NCBI GenBank assembly: GCA_964187785.1
Contig: OZ076409.1
Span: 91,266,001-91,330,000 of the forward strand
Source: Amphiscolops sp. MND2022
Lineage: Eukaryota
Direction: 5' to 3'
DNA: 64,000 bases
The notes under the pieces were generated by a model, which did not search any database, was not told the origin of the DNA, and saw nothing but the letters and a program-made list of their open reading frames with translations. Position numbers and translations under genes: made by a program. Below are positions 50,149-63,903 of this stretch, piece by piece (positions within the stretch are counted from its first letter, which is position 1; every line of letters begins with the position of its first letter).

Positions 50149-53100
50149 GTTTCTTTCTGGAAACTGCTGGCGGGGTCCCCCTTTTGTCGCTTCTTCGTCC
50201 CCCTGTATGATTTCTAGTACCGACCAGGTCGCCTTTTATATTCTGCGGTACTGCGACATTTCGGTTAAACTTTGGCAGGTGTTCTGGCTTTTCTATTTGT
50301 TCTTTTCCAAAACAAACGTTCAGAAAAATGTGAAATCAGAAAGGCTGCAAGATGTATTCGTCTATGTTTTTCTTTTACCCGTAGTTTTCGAGATGTTGTC
50401 TGTAAGAAATCGACAAATCACAAAATCCACAAAATTCTTTGGTAATTAGCTTTTTTCAGTTTGGTTACATACAAAAGCATACTTTTGTATTTGTCATCAA
50501 AATCAGAAAAATTTTTGCTCTTGACTTTTTGTTCTCAAAATTGTTTCTCAAGAAAAACTGTGCTTTCTCCTGCATCATCAGCTGTTCTCTGAGTTTGGGG
50601 TGTGATGGTTTTGTTGCTTTCCTTTTTTGCCCATATTTTTGTGCCAGAAAAGGCATTTTTCTCAGAAAAACAGATCTGTTTAGTAGGCGTCCGGCAAGCA
50701 AAAAAGAAGCATTGACACTTCTTCTTCTTCTTTATCTCCAACCATGTGCACTGGTAAATGATTGATTCCTTTTTCTGACAAATATGTGGGTCTGAGTATC
50801 CAGAGAGTTCAACAACAAATGAAATAGCTGCTCAGAGTACAGTGTATTGAGAAAAAAAGAGTTTTTATTCAAAAATGGTATATCATTAATTCAAAAGTGA
50901 CCAGGTTTTAGTTTATGAACCATTTTGTGGAAGAAACAGATTTTTTGTGAATATGAGGTTCCAGTATTCTGAATTTTCAGTTTTTTTTCATTTTTATTTG
51001 TATTTCTCTGGCTACACTCGAGCCCTTTGTGTATATCGTTGCTGACATTATTGGGGGAACTGCTACATGCTAGAAGTTCTTTTGATGAATTCGAAGGCTA
51101 AAAACATAGGTAGTTTTAGAGATGTTTGAACTTTTCTGGAAAAATTGTATACAATTTTCGCACGAAAACGACCCCGTAAAAGTCTAAAAACATAAGTTTT
51201 GGGTTTTCAGAGAGCTTTTCTGCAATGATAGTTAGCTTTTTTGTAGATTTTCAAAAGTTAGTTTATCTACATTGCTAAGTGCCAAAAAAATTAGTCTTTT
51301 CAGGTAAGATATTCGATGCGATTTGGAAAATGTTTTCATGACTCGTAATTTTGTCATTTATCGACCCGGTTTGTACAATTAATGAAGTTTTTGTGGGTAT
51401 CAGCAATAACAGAGTTCAAAAACAACAAAAGTTCTGACTGGTTTTAGTAAAACGAAAATCCAAATGTTACTAATGAGAAAGAAGCTCGAAAACCCAAAAA
51501 AACACAAAATTCATTTCACTTTTGTTAGTTTTGTGCAACTTCCTGGATGCTAGGTTTTGGCAAACGCAAAGTTCAAAGACAAAACAATTAGGTATTTACC
51601 ATGCATTTTTTGAAAATACAGTGTGTAATTAAATAAATAAATATAAATAAAACTTCTCAATGCCTAACAAAGACCAAAAATGATGAAACGCTTAATATTC
51701 GACAAAATAGAGCATTTTTTTGGTATGCTCAAGACTTCTGCGGATATGACTTTACAAAGAGCTGAAAGATGTAACATTTAGTTACAAAGTATTTGTTTTT
51801 GAAGAAGGAAGTATATTTTCTGAATAAATCATAATCTTCAAAAAAATCATAATCAACCGAGTTTTCAATTTTAAATCATTGTTCCTTTTTTCATTCTCAA
51901 TTTTGATATCAATTTCAGTTGAAAAAAAACTTGCTAAAATTTTTTGATTGTTGAAAAACCTACCGGTTTCAACGTCGAAGAAATTTGTTATCGAGTACGC
52001 TTTTCAGAAAATTAAGTGTTTTGTTCAAAGAAAGCCTCAAAGTGACTACAAAAAAGCTCAACATGGTTACCATTAACAAAACATCCATTTTTGACTATTT
52101 TCATGCGTTTCTGTATCGTTTCCGAAGTTTTTGTTTGTTTTAATATTCACAGATTTCGAATGAGGAGAAGTGAGCTTTTTTAGTAAGTCTCGCAAGCTGC
52201 CGTCTGCGATGAGAATTTGTACCAAGTGATGGCAAAAGATAGAGGAGTTTTGCCTCTATAGACCACGTGGACCGTCAGTCCACGTTTGAATGACTTTTAT
52301 AAACATTTAGTCTTTATAAACTGTCTATTTATACAGATTTAAAGATTTACGGACCGTCGGTCCATTCGCCTAAGTGCGACATGTAGTTAAAATTGTTTTC
52401 CGATGCTTAACATGCAAAATATAGTACAATTATAGTTTATTCATTGATTTATTATGATTGGTATCTATTTGACATGTAAACCAGAAAGCTAGAAGCTTGA
52501 AATATCAATTTGCAGTATAAAAGTAACTGGAACGTTGAAAGGAAACGCGTTCCAATGGACGCCTCAACTAGTCAAATCGACGTGTGGTCCTTTTACTTAT
52601 TTATCCAATCAGCGCTTATCAATAATTCACTTGTGCTATTATTGTGCTAATTTGTTGCCGTCAAATAGAAGGCCGGTTACGGCAGACAGCCGGCTACGGC
52701 CTTAATCGTCATTCAAAAGCTGGTGCTGTTTATTTGTATTTTTGAATGCTAGTATTATGCAGTATTTCATTCGTTTACTATTGCTGTAATTCAATGACCG
52801 AGTACGGCCATGCGCCGTAGACAGCCTGGCAATAGAGGGCGCTTGGACTACAAGGCCTTAGTATTACAAAACTTTGATGCTACTGTTCCAGCGCTGTACT
52901 ATTATTGTTCAAATGTCTTTGGCTTGGCGGGGTGGACCACAGGTCCACATTTAGACTGACCAATCAGAAGCGCTTATATATTTTATATTATTAGTGCTGT
53001 TATTGAACACGTGTACGTGCTCAATTAAATTAAATGTACGAGTACGGCCACCCGCTGTAGTCAGCCTGTCGTAGCGGACCACAGGGACTTATTTTAAATC

Positions 53101-55441
53101 ATCCAATCACATGCCGCCATTCAGTGCTCTCACTAATTGTACGCAGTAAACAGAATTAAAAACCACACTGGCCATGCAGTATTTAGAGACGTCCTAATAG
53201 GACAGACAGCCATTGTGGCTTTCCTTTATTTAAAGCAATTCTATAAACTTGACAATCTTACGCTAATATAAAGCAGTTGAAGTGTATTTTAATCAATACT
53301 TATCGATGCTTTGACACCAGTCCTTGATGTCCCCTGACCAAGGACAGTCCACGAATCCTTGATAGTAGTAAAATAGTCCCCACCCGATAGTTTATCCACG
53401 CACGCAGATTATTATAAAACCATGTTACATGTATTATGTGTGTTGCAAAATGTTGTGGACATGAAGGCCATATAGTTTGTTGCTTCTATACATGTAAAAT
53501 GTTCTCGTTACAGCATATAAAATGATTGCAATGTGTTTCGGACATCATTTAAGAGACCTATTGTCCTAATAACCAAAGTCGGACGGCACAGTAATCTATC
53601 AAGTGATGAAGACGACCACATGGATCGTGTCAGTGTGGGGTCAGCAGGCACGTTTCTCCTTGTGCCAGGGGGAGTGTCGCAGGCTGCCACCTGTGATCTT
53701 ATTTTAGTTTATGTCCCTTTGTGTCGTCTTGGACAGCTAGTCCGGTTAAATATTAGCCAATCAGAGCGCAGTATTACTTTCATAGGGTATTCACACGTAC
53801 CCTAATTGAACAATATCAGCGCACGTTGAGCCAATGAACGTAACTTGCGTGTGTTTCAAAACTCGTAGGTGACTATGTTGAAGAAGTTTCAGGATCTTGT
53901 GGTCAAATGGTGAAGAAAAACATTAATTACATTTGGGGTTCGTATACATAGGATCGGTCCTTCCCCTACACATGCCCTTGGTTTCCGAAAATATAAGTAA
54001 ATAGCCTAAAACTGTATGGGCTGTTGAATTCATATATAATATGACATTTCGAGCGTTGCCAACGCATCTGTGGCGGTTCAGACTAAGTGCACTTCCGGTT
54101 CTAATTGCCTGTGTCTGGCATGTGACTGAGAATAGTAGCCATCGAAAGGCGACATGGCTGCAATCTTAGATTTCCAAGGTGGTATTTCAATTGCAGAACT
54201 AAATCCCATCTTAAGGTAAATTGTGGCTAGTAACGAGGAATATACGTCCATTTTGCGCAAATCACAAATGAAAATGAATACCGAAAACTAAAAGAACTAA
54301 AACGATTTCACGCATTTCCGCTAAAACGTTTATGCCACGTCAAAATAAAATTATTCCCCACCTGAAATCCAAAACAATACCGCCTTGAAATAAAGATCAT
54401 AAACTAACTTACATGAAAATCACACCAAGATTATTCTTGAGAAAGAACATAATCAAATCTAAAGTAGAAATTACATTGAGATGGCACACTGAAAGAATTA
54501 CGCATCTTCTAAGAAAAGGGAGCTTAATCGCCTTTGAACAGTAATTAATGCGGATTAGGACGATGCTACGTCGTGAAGTAAGCAAATACGGTGGTACATG
54601 CAAATATTACTATACTTGTGACGTCAGCAATACGTTACTAAATAGGCAGCTAGCTAAAAGTATTCCAAACATTCGACAGTGTTGCGTCACTAGCTTGGCA
54701 GCTAGGCAGAATTTCAATCCAAAATACTCGTCAGCATCTCGTCAAAATGGCAGCTTGCCAAGCTAGCTGAGAAAACGTGTCAAATCCATCAAAATAGCTG
54801 TTTTAATCCATGCAGAATAATGAAAAGAATGCATTTCTAACGACAATAATGGAAGGAAAATACCTAACTTATGTCTAACATAGCTGGACTAAAAGAGCGA
54901 AACTTGTAGAACACGTCCATCTTTCGTCGAACAGATTATAGTTGATTTAGGTTTGCGCTAACGCCTTACCTAGATGAAACCTCCCTGTATTTCATCAATG
55001 AAAGTCACAGTTTATTTACTGAAACGTAATATGAACTCTTGCTTATGTTGTTTATTGTAAACTTTAGGCATTATTTTGTACAATGAAACGTTGTTGTAAC
55101 GTGTCAGACGATTTTTACCCACTTTGTATTAGCCATTATATTAACTTTAATGATTTTTTTCCAAGAGTGCACAATGTTTTAACTTGTGTTGATTTGCTAC
55201 CAAACAAAATTGTGATGATGCTACGCCATTTGAATTGTTTTCATAAAGTCAAGGCTAATATGACGTCGTTGCCACGTGTTTAATAAGTTAAATGGTGTAA
55301 CTTGCTAAAATAATGTTTTGATGATGAATCTCTATGTTAATACCCTAGTTATGTTTGCTACTATGCACATGTATTGATATTAGGCTCCAATTACGCGTTG
55401 ATGGGCCTACTGGTTTATCATATCGCCAAAAGTTGACATTA

Positions 55442-55645
55442 CAGTGCACAGGCAAGCTTTTTGCTGCTTTTCGTGGAATCCGGGACACGAAAATTTCGCT
55501 GCTTGTCCGTGGAACGCTTGTTTGTGGAATCCGGGACAAATGACGTAATTTGCCAATTTTGCACGGTTAAAGGTATGGTCGTGGAATCCAAGATATTGAA
55601 AGCACTATGTTGCGCTTTGAGCAAATAAGGCTTGCCTGTGCACTC
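55442..55645. mobile_element. Tc1/mariner-type MITE
   Basis: TA on both sides. TIR CAGTGCACAGGCAAGC / GCTTGCCTGTGCACTC. Absent from repeat copy 1. Confidence 0.85.
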
Positions 55646-56069
55646 TAATGGATGTTGCTCTTTAATGTTCATTTGTGTTAATCTAATTCGAAGCTGTTGC
55701 CACGTTTTTCCATTTTTGTAATAATTGTGTTAGTTTAGATAACGAAGATTTTGTATAATATTCCGTTCCCAAATTAAGTGCTTCCATTTGAAAACCAGAT
55801 CCTCTATTCTCCTAGCATCTCCAAATGTTTCAAGCAAACGAAATTAGTCATAATTTCCTGGAAGCAAAAATTCAAAATCAGGAATTAGTCGTTCACGTCA
55901 GCGTCATCTCCGCGTCAATTTTCCTACGAACCAAAGCAGCAAAACAGGGAAACATTTCCGGTTTGACAGACTGAAGTAATATCTACTTCGTACTTGGGAG
56001 GAAACAAAAGGACGCCGGAATGAAATGATATTATCATGGTCAATGACTAATACTAGACTAAAATTGCCT

Positions 56070-56727
56070 TAAAGTTTCACGATACGTCGACGTAAATTGA
56101 GGATCAAAACGAGTTTTTCATCGAAACAACAGGAAATGACTAATAATCTGAGGGAACTTAGAGATCCGTTCGTGATCAAAGGATGCTAGGAGGGTATAAA
56201 TATGATGTGTAACAGTGATTAGGGGACTCAGTCTTTTGCTTTGATAAAGTACAGTTGTTCTGAAATTTTGTTCTGTCAAATAATCAAGAATCAATTGGAA
56301 AATACATACCCATAGCTTTTCACCAAGATGTCTACAACAAGAAGCCATAAGAGAAGGATCGATCGTCAAGATAGCGCTGAGAACGTTGGTGAAATCATAA
56401 CTTCTCCAGTTTTGGCAGAGAATATAGAACCAAGTCATCAGGTCGTTCTAATTGCAGGACCTTCGTCGGCTAAGTCCCCTACAATAGAAAATAGTGTATT
56501 AGAAGAACTTCGAGCCTCTCTAAAGGAGGAGATCATTTCAGAAATGAGCAGTCTCCTAGCAGAATTCCAAAAAGAACTTTTGAAACTACTAAAATCTAAA
56601 TCAAACTAACCTGTCAGAGAACAAGAGGAAAACTCTTTGGAAAATGAACCTAGGGAGTTCTACACCCCAACGAGATCTGTAACGATTAGTTCTACTGTAA
56701 ACAACGACGCGAACGTAAGTCGCAACA
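56070..56727 (+). mobile_element. Solo LTR carrying a gag-N-like ORF
   Basis: GGGTATAAATA at ~56191, ATG at 56328 (MSTTRSHKRR..SAKSPTIE..LRASLKEEII..LLAEFQKELLKLL), ends TCGCAACA. Confidence 0.65.
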
Positions 56728-58679
56728 ACACGTTTGTCAAATTCCATGTCTCTGCGAGTAACAAACATTCTTCGAGAAAACCCATTGGACGATGTTTTCC
56801 TGTTTTGTGATGTTTGAGTTTCTGTTTTTATCTGAGAATTTTTAAAATTAAAAGTGAAACTTAGTAAAATTCGCTCTAGAGATGAACTCAGCTTCGTCCG
56901 ATTCAAACAATTACAACACTGGCGTAAATCCGCCATCTACATTTAAGGTGGCGGTACGTATCGTCTACTAAGAAAACAACTGGTTTTATATAACAAGCAA
57001 TAGCACTAGTTGCAACATTTCCAGCCGCAATTACTAACTGACGAGTCTGGAAGCGTGATAAAAATCGTTTTTCTATATTCTGGACCTCGGAGAAAATATT
57101 GGGATTTTTGTAAAAATGTCAAAAATCAAAAAATCCTACAAGGAAAACAGAAAGGAACCAAGCACGCTTCTTTCAATGTCATGTTCGAGCTTATAAACCC
57201 GAATTTTTGTACGTATAACGTACAACTTATTACTTATGAATTTTCAGTTAAAGCTGGCTGTCCGAAGCAGACTGCCATGTATTGCTGCCTCAAGTTTTGC
57301 AAGCGTTTTTCAATTAAGAACTATGAAATTGTGCTATAATAATATCCAAAGCCCTCGCTATTTTTGTTCGTGAGAACAAAATATTTCGACAAATGCAGCC
57401 CTTCCATTGATAATACACTGCCCGAGTTATCTTATTTCTTCAATAAATAAATAAATTAGCACGTGGCTGGAAATTTTGAACATTTTCTTTGCTGCCTTCA
57501 AAATCATACTCGCTAGTTTTCAGTACAAACGAGAGTCATGTTAATGAATCTGGCTTTATCCTGGACTCGATTCCTGTAACACAAACTTTTATTGCTGCGG
57601 GGTCACAAGTGACACTGATAAAATTCAACCGTTTGGAGGAGAATTTGAATGGTTTTATAGTTCACAACCATTCTTGCACTCTTCACAAAGTGGACACGGT
57701 GCTCATAAGAAGTATTTGCTTTTAAAGGAACTAGTATCCACTTTCAAGCTTCAGTTCTTTGTGCTTGGACTTCCACATTTACCATTCTGACTTGGCTTCA
57801 GCCTGTAGGACAGACGAATGCGCTCTGAGCTGGCATTGAACACTTACTGAGCGGAAAACACTTTGCTTGCTCTCTCTGTATGTTCCAGTCACGGTGCATA
57901 TTCTGTCTCTGAAAGTGCAGGCTGTTCAGAGATAAGAAACATTTTGAGACGATTCGACAGTGTTTGCAGTATTCTGGCTGCAACATTACCAGGACTTGGC
58001 CATTCAATTTGCTTTCGGTCACCCTGAAGGGAAAACACGAATTTGAAACCAACGAAATTGCACTCGATTTTATCGACAAAGTTCGAAATTGTACGCGAGG
58101 TGCGTTATCCCATTTCCAAATTATCCGCTTTGTAGATAGATAGTAGATTTTGACCAAAAAAGGTCAGCCCATAACTATTAGAGCAGACCTATTATATCGA
58201 AGAAGCCAGCGTTAGAGCAGAAAGAAAGAACTTTCTTGATCAGATAAAACTGGTTCTTGACATAAGTGCAAAATATTCTGATTGGAGACTCGAACGTGTT
58301 TCAGCCTGAAACTTGCTCGGTAAGCTGTGTTTTGGATTGACAACTTTATTGGAGCGCTGCTACTTTTATTCACTGGCTTTCTGGTGCCGCTTTGAATTGC
58401 TAAAATTCACATTCTTTACGAACAAACTTCTCTTGAGATTGAAGAATTAGCTGCTTAGAATCGTTATAACCTGAAAGCAGATAGTGGGTTATAAGAACAT
58501 ATTCAATTGTCGTGCTGTTTGTTTACAAGCTCTCGGACTAAATTCATTCAGCTCTAATCAAAAATGGGAGGAGGTATCAGCAAAACTGGTAAGTGACTCC
58601 TTCCATTTTTTCTCACGAAGAAGCCTTAAAATTGGAGTAATTGTTCCTCGATTTTCATCTACTTTTCTTCGATTCGAAA

Positions 58680-59714
58680 CCGTAATCGTTGGGGAATTGA
58701 GTCGTAAAGTTTTATTATGTACTCAGCAAGAATTTTTTTAAATTCTTCTTGTGCATAATTCCAAAGTTCTTCTACGGTCTCCGGATGTCTTTTACAGATG
58801 TTTTTCTTCAGGACACTCCACAACTTTTCGATAATGTTGAGATCAGGGGACTGTGCAGGCCAATTTCCCAGTAAAATGAACCCATTTTTCTAAATAATTT
58901 TCGTTTTTATTGATGTATGGTCTGGGGCGTGGTCTTGTTGGAACGGTTCATGCTTATAAAAGAAGGGTATAACATGATCTTTGAGAATTTTGGTGTATTC
59001 ATCTGAATCCACCTTGTTTTTATAGGTATCAGCAATCTATCGCCATTCTATTGAGTGCATCCCCACACCATCAATATTTTTCGAGGAAAAAACTGTTTTT
59101 CTTAAAAAAGCGGGAATCCAAACGGAATTTTTTGGGTGTTCTCGCAAGGTCCTTCCCTTCACAGTTCAGCGCAAGCATAGTCTCCTCCTAAAAACGACCG
59201 TTTTCCAGAAATTGTCGTGTTTTCGACCAACACATTTTTTGTCGATTTGGCTCAGAAATTTAAGATTTCGCTTATACTTGATCACTATCTTCCTGATATT
59301 CTTGCTACGTCGATTTGTTGGGAATTGTTTGTTTGGGAAGAGTTAAGAAAGTTTTTTTGCAGCTCGAACCACAATTCTTTCCATTTTTTGGTTGACTTTT
59401 TCGGCGGACGCGACTCTTATTGTTATTAATGTGTCTTCGGTCATGGATTCGAATGAAAATTCGGGAAACAGTTGATTTATGTACGTTGGTTATTTGGAAG
59501 TTTGACAAATCGAAAGATTTTGCAAGTTTAGGTTTATTTGTAGACGCAATCTTTCGCTTGTTTGGGGCATCGTTTAAGGTAAATAAATGAATGAGCTAAC
59601 ATTCCTTGAAATGAACTTGCTCAAGATATGTTTGCTCTGAGTCTTTACTTAGTTATTCAAAATTTTGCAAAGCGAAGCAAAATTTCTAAGTCGCATTCTT
59701 TCTTCACCCCACTG
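58680..59714 (-). mobile_element. Tc1 (DD34E) transposon remnant
   Basis: Minus strand reads FQQDHAPDH...WPAQSPDLNIIEKLW, with 34 codons between D and E (one is a stop). MVWG motif present. Candidate end TA|CAGTGGG at 59714. Confidence 0.85.
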
Positions 59715-61752
59715 TAGTGTATAACCCAGCATAACGTTGGTAGTTACAAATGTGCCAATTTTTGTCGAAAACGTGAGAACATCATCACAATCACTAATTT
59801 TTTGCGTCTACTATTGATTTATCAATTATCTGAAACGGAACACAAATGTCCCTGAAATAGGAGAAAGTTTTTCCTGCATCGGTTACTGCCATAACTTTTA
59901 TACCTTCAAAACAAACACCAGGCTGGAGGCCATTTGGCCTGGATGTTAACGCGATGTTACGTGATGCGTGAGTCCTTCTGCGTGTACGTGGGTTCGAAAG
60001 CTGTGGGAGGTTTTTAGTCGGCGCCTTTTCCCTTAAGGAAAAAAGCTCGACTATTACAGTGGGTAGTTTTTTTAGTCGGCGCCTTTTCCCTTAAGGAAAA
60101 AAGCCCGACTCTTACAGTGAGTAGTTTTTTTTTGTTTTTTTCAGTTGACAATCTCACTCTGAGTGGTCCACTTTTCTTACAATTTGTTCATCTTTCATAT
60201 TTGTTCATCTTCCATCTTCGACCCAGCCGGAGTGCGTGGGTTCGATTCTCGCACTAAACCATAAATTTTTTAATGCTTCCAAAAGTACAGGTGAGACCAA
60301 AGGGCCCCCCCTTTGGGTTTTTTTCGGCACTATGCGACTTTTTTCGAAAATTTTTGAAATTTATCAAAGGGTACCCCCTTGCATTTTTTTTGAAATTTTC
60401 GGTTTGTAGAAAACGTTGAATGAGCCTGAATGGCCTTTTTTGAGTTTTTCGGCATTTTGCGACTTAAAAAATACTTTTTTTCGAAAAAAAATTTCAAAAA
60501 TAATTTTTTTGAAATTTTTTTTTTCCAAATTTTTACAATAGTTGTTCCTTGAATATTTTTGAGCCTAAGATATGGCGCCGACTTGGGACGTTCCCGTCTT
60601 GTTTCTTTTTCAGCTGACAATCTCACTCTGAATGGTCCACTTTTCTTACAATTCTTACAATCTTACAATTTCTCAATTTCTCAATTTCTTACATTTCTTA
60701 GCTTACGAAGTAGTATTTTTATATCATTTACGAAACTCAAAGGCGCCAAAGAGTATTTTCGGCTCTGTGAGACTTTTTTTTCACCGAAGAGTCCCACCTT
60801 CAATTTTTTGATATTTTTGGACAGAATGGATTTTGAAAAATCCCAAATGGTCCCCCCTTTAAGTTTTTTCGGCATTGTGAGACTTTTTCTCGAAAAAAAA
60901 TCCATAAAAGGGTCCCCAATTCACCAATACTTTGACATTTTGAAGTCCTTCAGGTATTTTTGAGCCTTAGATATGGCGCCGACTTGGGCCGATCCCGGCT
61001 TGTTCACGCTTACAAAGCTACAAGAAAGACCAAAAAACGTTTTCCCAGTCTTAAGGGTGACCACTCTGGTGATCATGTAGGTCTGATTTGAATTTTTTCT
61101 AAAATTGGGGAAAACCGACGGTTCTTTCGGCTCTGTGTGATTTTTTAAATATTTTTCTTCTTTTTCACTAAAGAGTTTGATTTTGATCCGTATTTTGAAT
61201 TAGATCGTTTTTCAAAGATCACACTTTTGGGTAAGTTCGACACTGTGCAATTTTTTTGAGGAAACAGTTCCCGGAAAAATCACACATTCGACTCTTTATG
61301 ATATTAAAAGTTAGGAAAAAACTCTGTTCTTTACACTTAATCACTGAACGCTACCTCAGGGAAATGTTCTGTTGTAACATCTCGTTGTGCCAGTGTGCTT
61401 CTTGATATTTTGGAAGAACAGTTTCAACAATACGCTCGTGAATGTTTTCTAAACCTGCGTCAAAAAGCTGCAGTTAAGTAATTCAATGCCATGTTCACTT
61501 CTCAGCATTCTTGAAATGCGGGAATTGAATGAGATGGCTCGAAGATTCGAATTTCAGACCAGATGTTGATTGCACTTCATTCAAAGCGTGGTAAGACGGA
61601 AAGGAAAACCTGCGTCCTGAGAAAACATACTGGAACTGATTTTTCTTTACTTTAACAAACGCAAGGCTGAATAAGAGTGAAATAAACGCGTGGGGTTTGC
61701 CCTCGCTTCTATCGCACAAAACTCATACCTGGCACAAGGTTCGATTCTATAG

Positions 61753-62647
61753 AGCGGTTTAAATATTAAGCAGCTGATTTTTGGATGGCTTCGTAAATTT
61801 CATTGTCCATTTATGGTTAAAACCAGACATCAAACGCGTTTCTTGTAAAATTATGAACGTTTCGACTCTTGAAGTTTTCAGATTTATAATACGAGCTCCG
61901 TCACTGACACTGTGAGAAGGCTGGCTGTGGAGCTTCCAGCTTATGAAACCCCTTTTACCAACTTGCCCCTCCAGTTTGATGAGAACAAGTTCTATTTTCA
62001 TAATGCTCGCCTCTCCTTCAGTTTTACAGTTGGATTTTTCTGGCGCATCTTTCAGTTTATCTGAAAACTTTTTTCTTCAATTTTATAGCTTCTGTCTGGC
62101 ATTGAAAAAACAGTCAGTTTCTATTAAGCTCAGTTTGGGATGAAAGAATAAAGTTTTCCAATGTATTTTCAAACAGAGTTCACCAAGTTGGCAAAGACAA
62201 ACTTAAATATATTGTTATAACAATATATTTAAGTTTGTCTTTGCCAACTTCATTCATCTCAAACTGAGCTTAATAGAAACTGACTGTTTTTTCAATGCCA
62301 GACAGAAGCTATAAAATTGAAGAAAAAAGTTTTCAGATAAACTGAAAGATGCGCCAGAAAAATCCAACTGTAAAACTGAAGGAGAGGCGAGCATTATGAA
62401 AATAGAACTTGTTCTCATCAAACTGGAGGGGCAAGTTGGTAAAAGGGGTTTCATAAGCTGGAAGCTCCACATCCAGCCTTCTCAAAGTGTCAGTGACGGA
62501 GCTCGTATTATAAATCCGAAAACTTCAAGAGTCGAAACGTTCAGAATTACACAAGAAACGCATTTGATGTCGTCTGGTTTTAACCATAAATGGACAATGA
62601 AATTTACGAAGCCATCCAAAAATCAGCTGCTTAATATTTAAACCGCT
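61753..62647. repeat. Large palindrome / inverted duplication
   Basis: Arms of about 390 nt are nearly identical. A perfect 66-bp spacerless core at 62185-62250 is centred between 62217 and 62218. Confidence 0.95.
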
Positions 62648-63783
62648 TAATATTTAAATCTTCTAAACTATCCGATTCCGACAAACAATTAATGGAGCGT
62701 TCGAAAGAAGACAATCAGGGTTTTGAAATTAAAATCTGAACTGCGGAACGGAACAGGGCCCCAAGCGCGTTAGGTTTTTTGCGCGAAGTCCTCCGCTTCG
62801 TCGCAATGATCCATTTTAGGGTTAATTAGAATGTAGCAACAAATGGGAGTGCTTGTTTTCGAACCTACCCCTTCTCTTTAGTGAAACGCAACTTATCTCG
62901 GATACAACGTATATAACGTCAAAATTCGGATAGTATTGAAAACTTGTTTGGTTGATGCATTATGAGAAACCGAACTCCAGACCAAAAATGAGAACTTTGA
63001 AACAGTTTCATAGTGCCGCAAATGTAACAGGGGACCCTTTGGTCTTTTTGACATCCAATTTGCTGCTATGTGTTAGTAAAATTTGAGGGGAGACCCTTCG
63101 GAGAAATTAAAAATTTTTCAAACAAAAGTCCCACAGTGCCGAAAAAAACTGAACGGGGGACCCTTTAGCCTCGTCCGGTTTTGTATGTTACGCTGAAAAA
63201 GAAACAACTAATATAGTTCAGTTCCGTGGGCCACGTGGTACATTTTGGCCCCTTAAAGTTTTGTAGAACTTTTATGATCTGTTCGTGTAGATTGAAAAAA
63301 GTCTCTTTATAGTCGCGTTTCATTTCATAAAGCGCCAAATAAAAATAGATGAACTGGTCATTTCCTTATGAGCAAAAAATACAGCCGCAAAAATAGAGGA
63401 TTACCAATTAGAAAGATTGAGATTGAACGCTGCTAACGTTTTTAGATTTCAGTTCCAGCTTCGTTTTCTTGGAGGTTTTTCAGAGAACTGTGAGACACTT
63501 GGAGAGTTTTCTAAGTTGCAGTGAAGTTACATAAAATGTGTCTTGCAAGACTCTGAATTTCAATTACAATGGAAAAGTAGGTTAAGCAATTGCGACAAAT
63601 TCTCGTAGCTCTGACTAAGGGCTTCTCGTCGAGCCGTAAATAATTGCATTTTGGCTTCTTGTTAGTTGTTTGAATTTCCTCCTCAAACTGTAAAGCTCAA
63701 AGCATAAAACTAAGACGTTGACTCCCTATCCTAATTGTTTTTTATGTATATTTTTTGGGTTCCACCCTTGGACATGTTCACAG

Positions 63784-63903
63784 GCAGAGATGCTCTGGAT
63801 CAAACCAACCACTACAGGGCTCAACACAGAGTGCCACCCCTCAAGTGGAATCGCGGTGCAGCCAGACATGCTTCTTCTCTAGCCAGAAAAATTGCCAGAA
63901 CAG
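63784..63903 (+). CDS. Probable exon of a CAP/SCP-domain (GAPR-1/PR-1-like) gene
   Basis: DALDQTNHYRAQHRVPPLKWN..ARHASSLA matches the first CAP helix motif HNxYRxxHxVPPLxW. The 120-nt segment is flanked by cag and gt (phase 1-1). Confidence 0.6.

Larger units (their letters stand above)
54244..56727 (+). repeat. Long direct repeat, copy 2 (~2.5 kb)
   Basis: Collinear with 40134-42459, with an extra MITE insertion. Confidence 0.9.

Noticed and set aside
57480..58680. Possible Polinton/virus-like decayed coding sequence (also 61340-62140)
   Set aside because: It looks like eroded coding DNA, but I found no diagnostic polB, capsid, ATPase or integrase motif.
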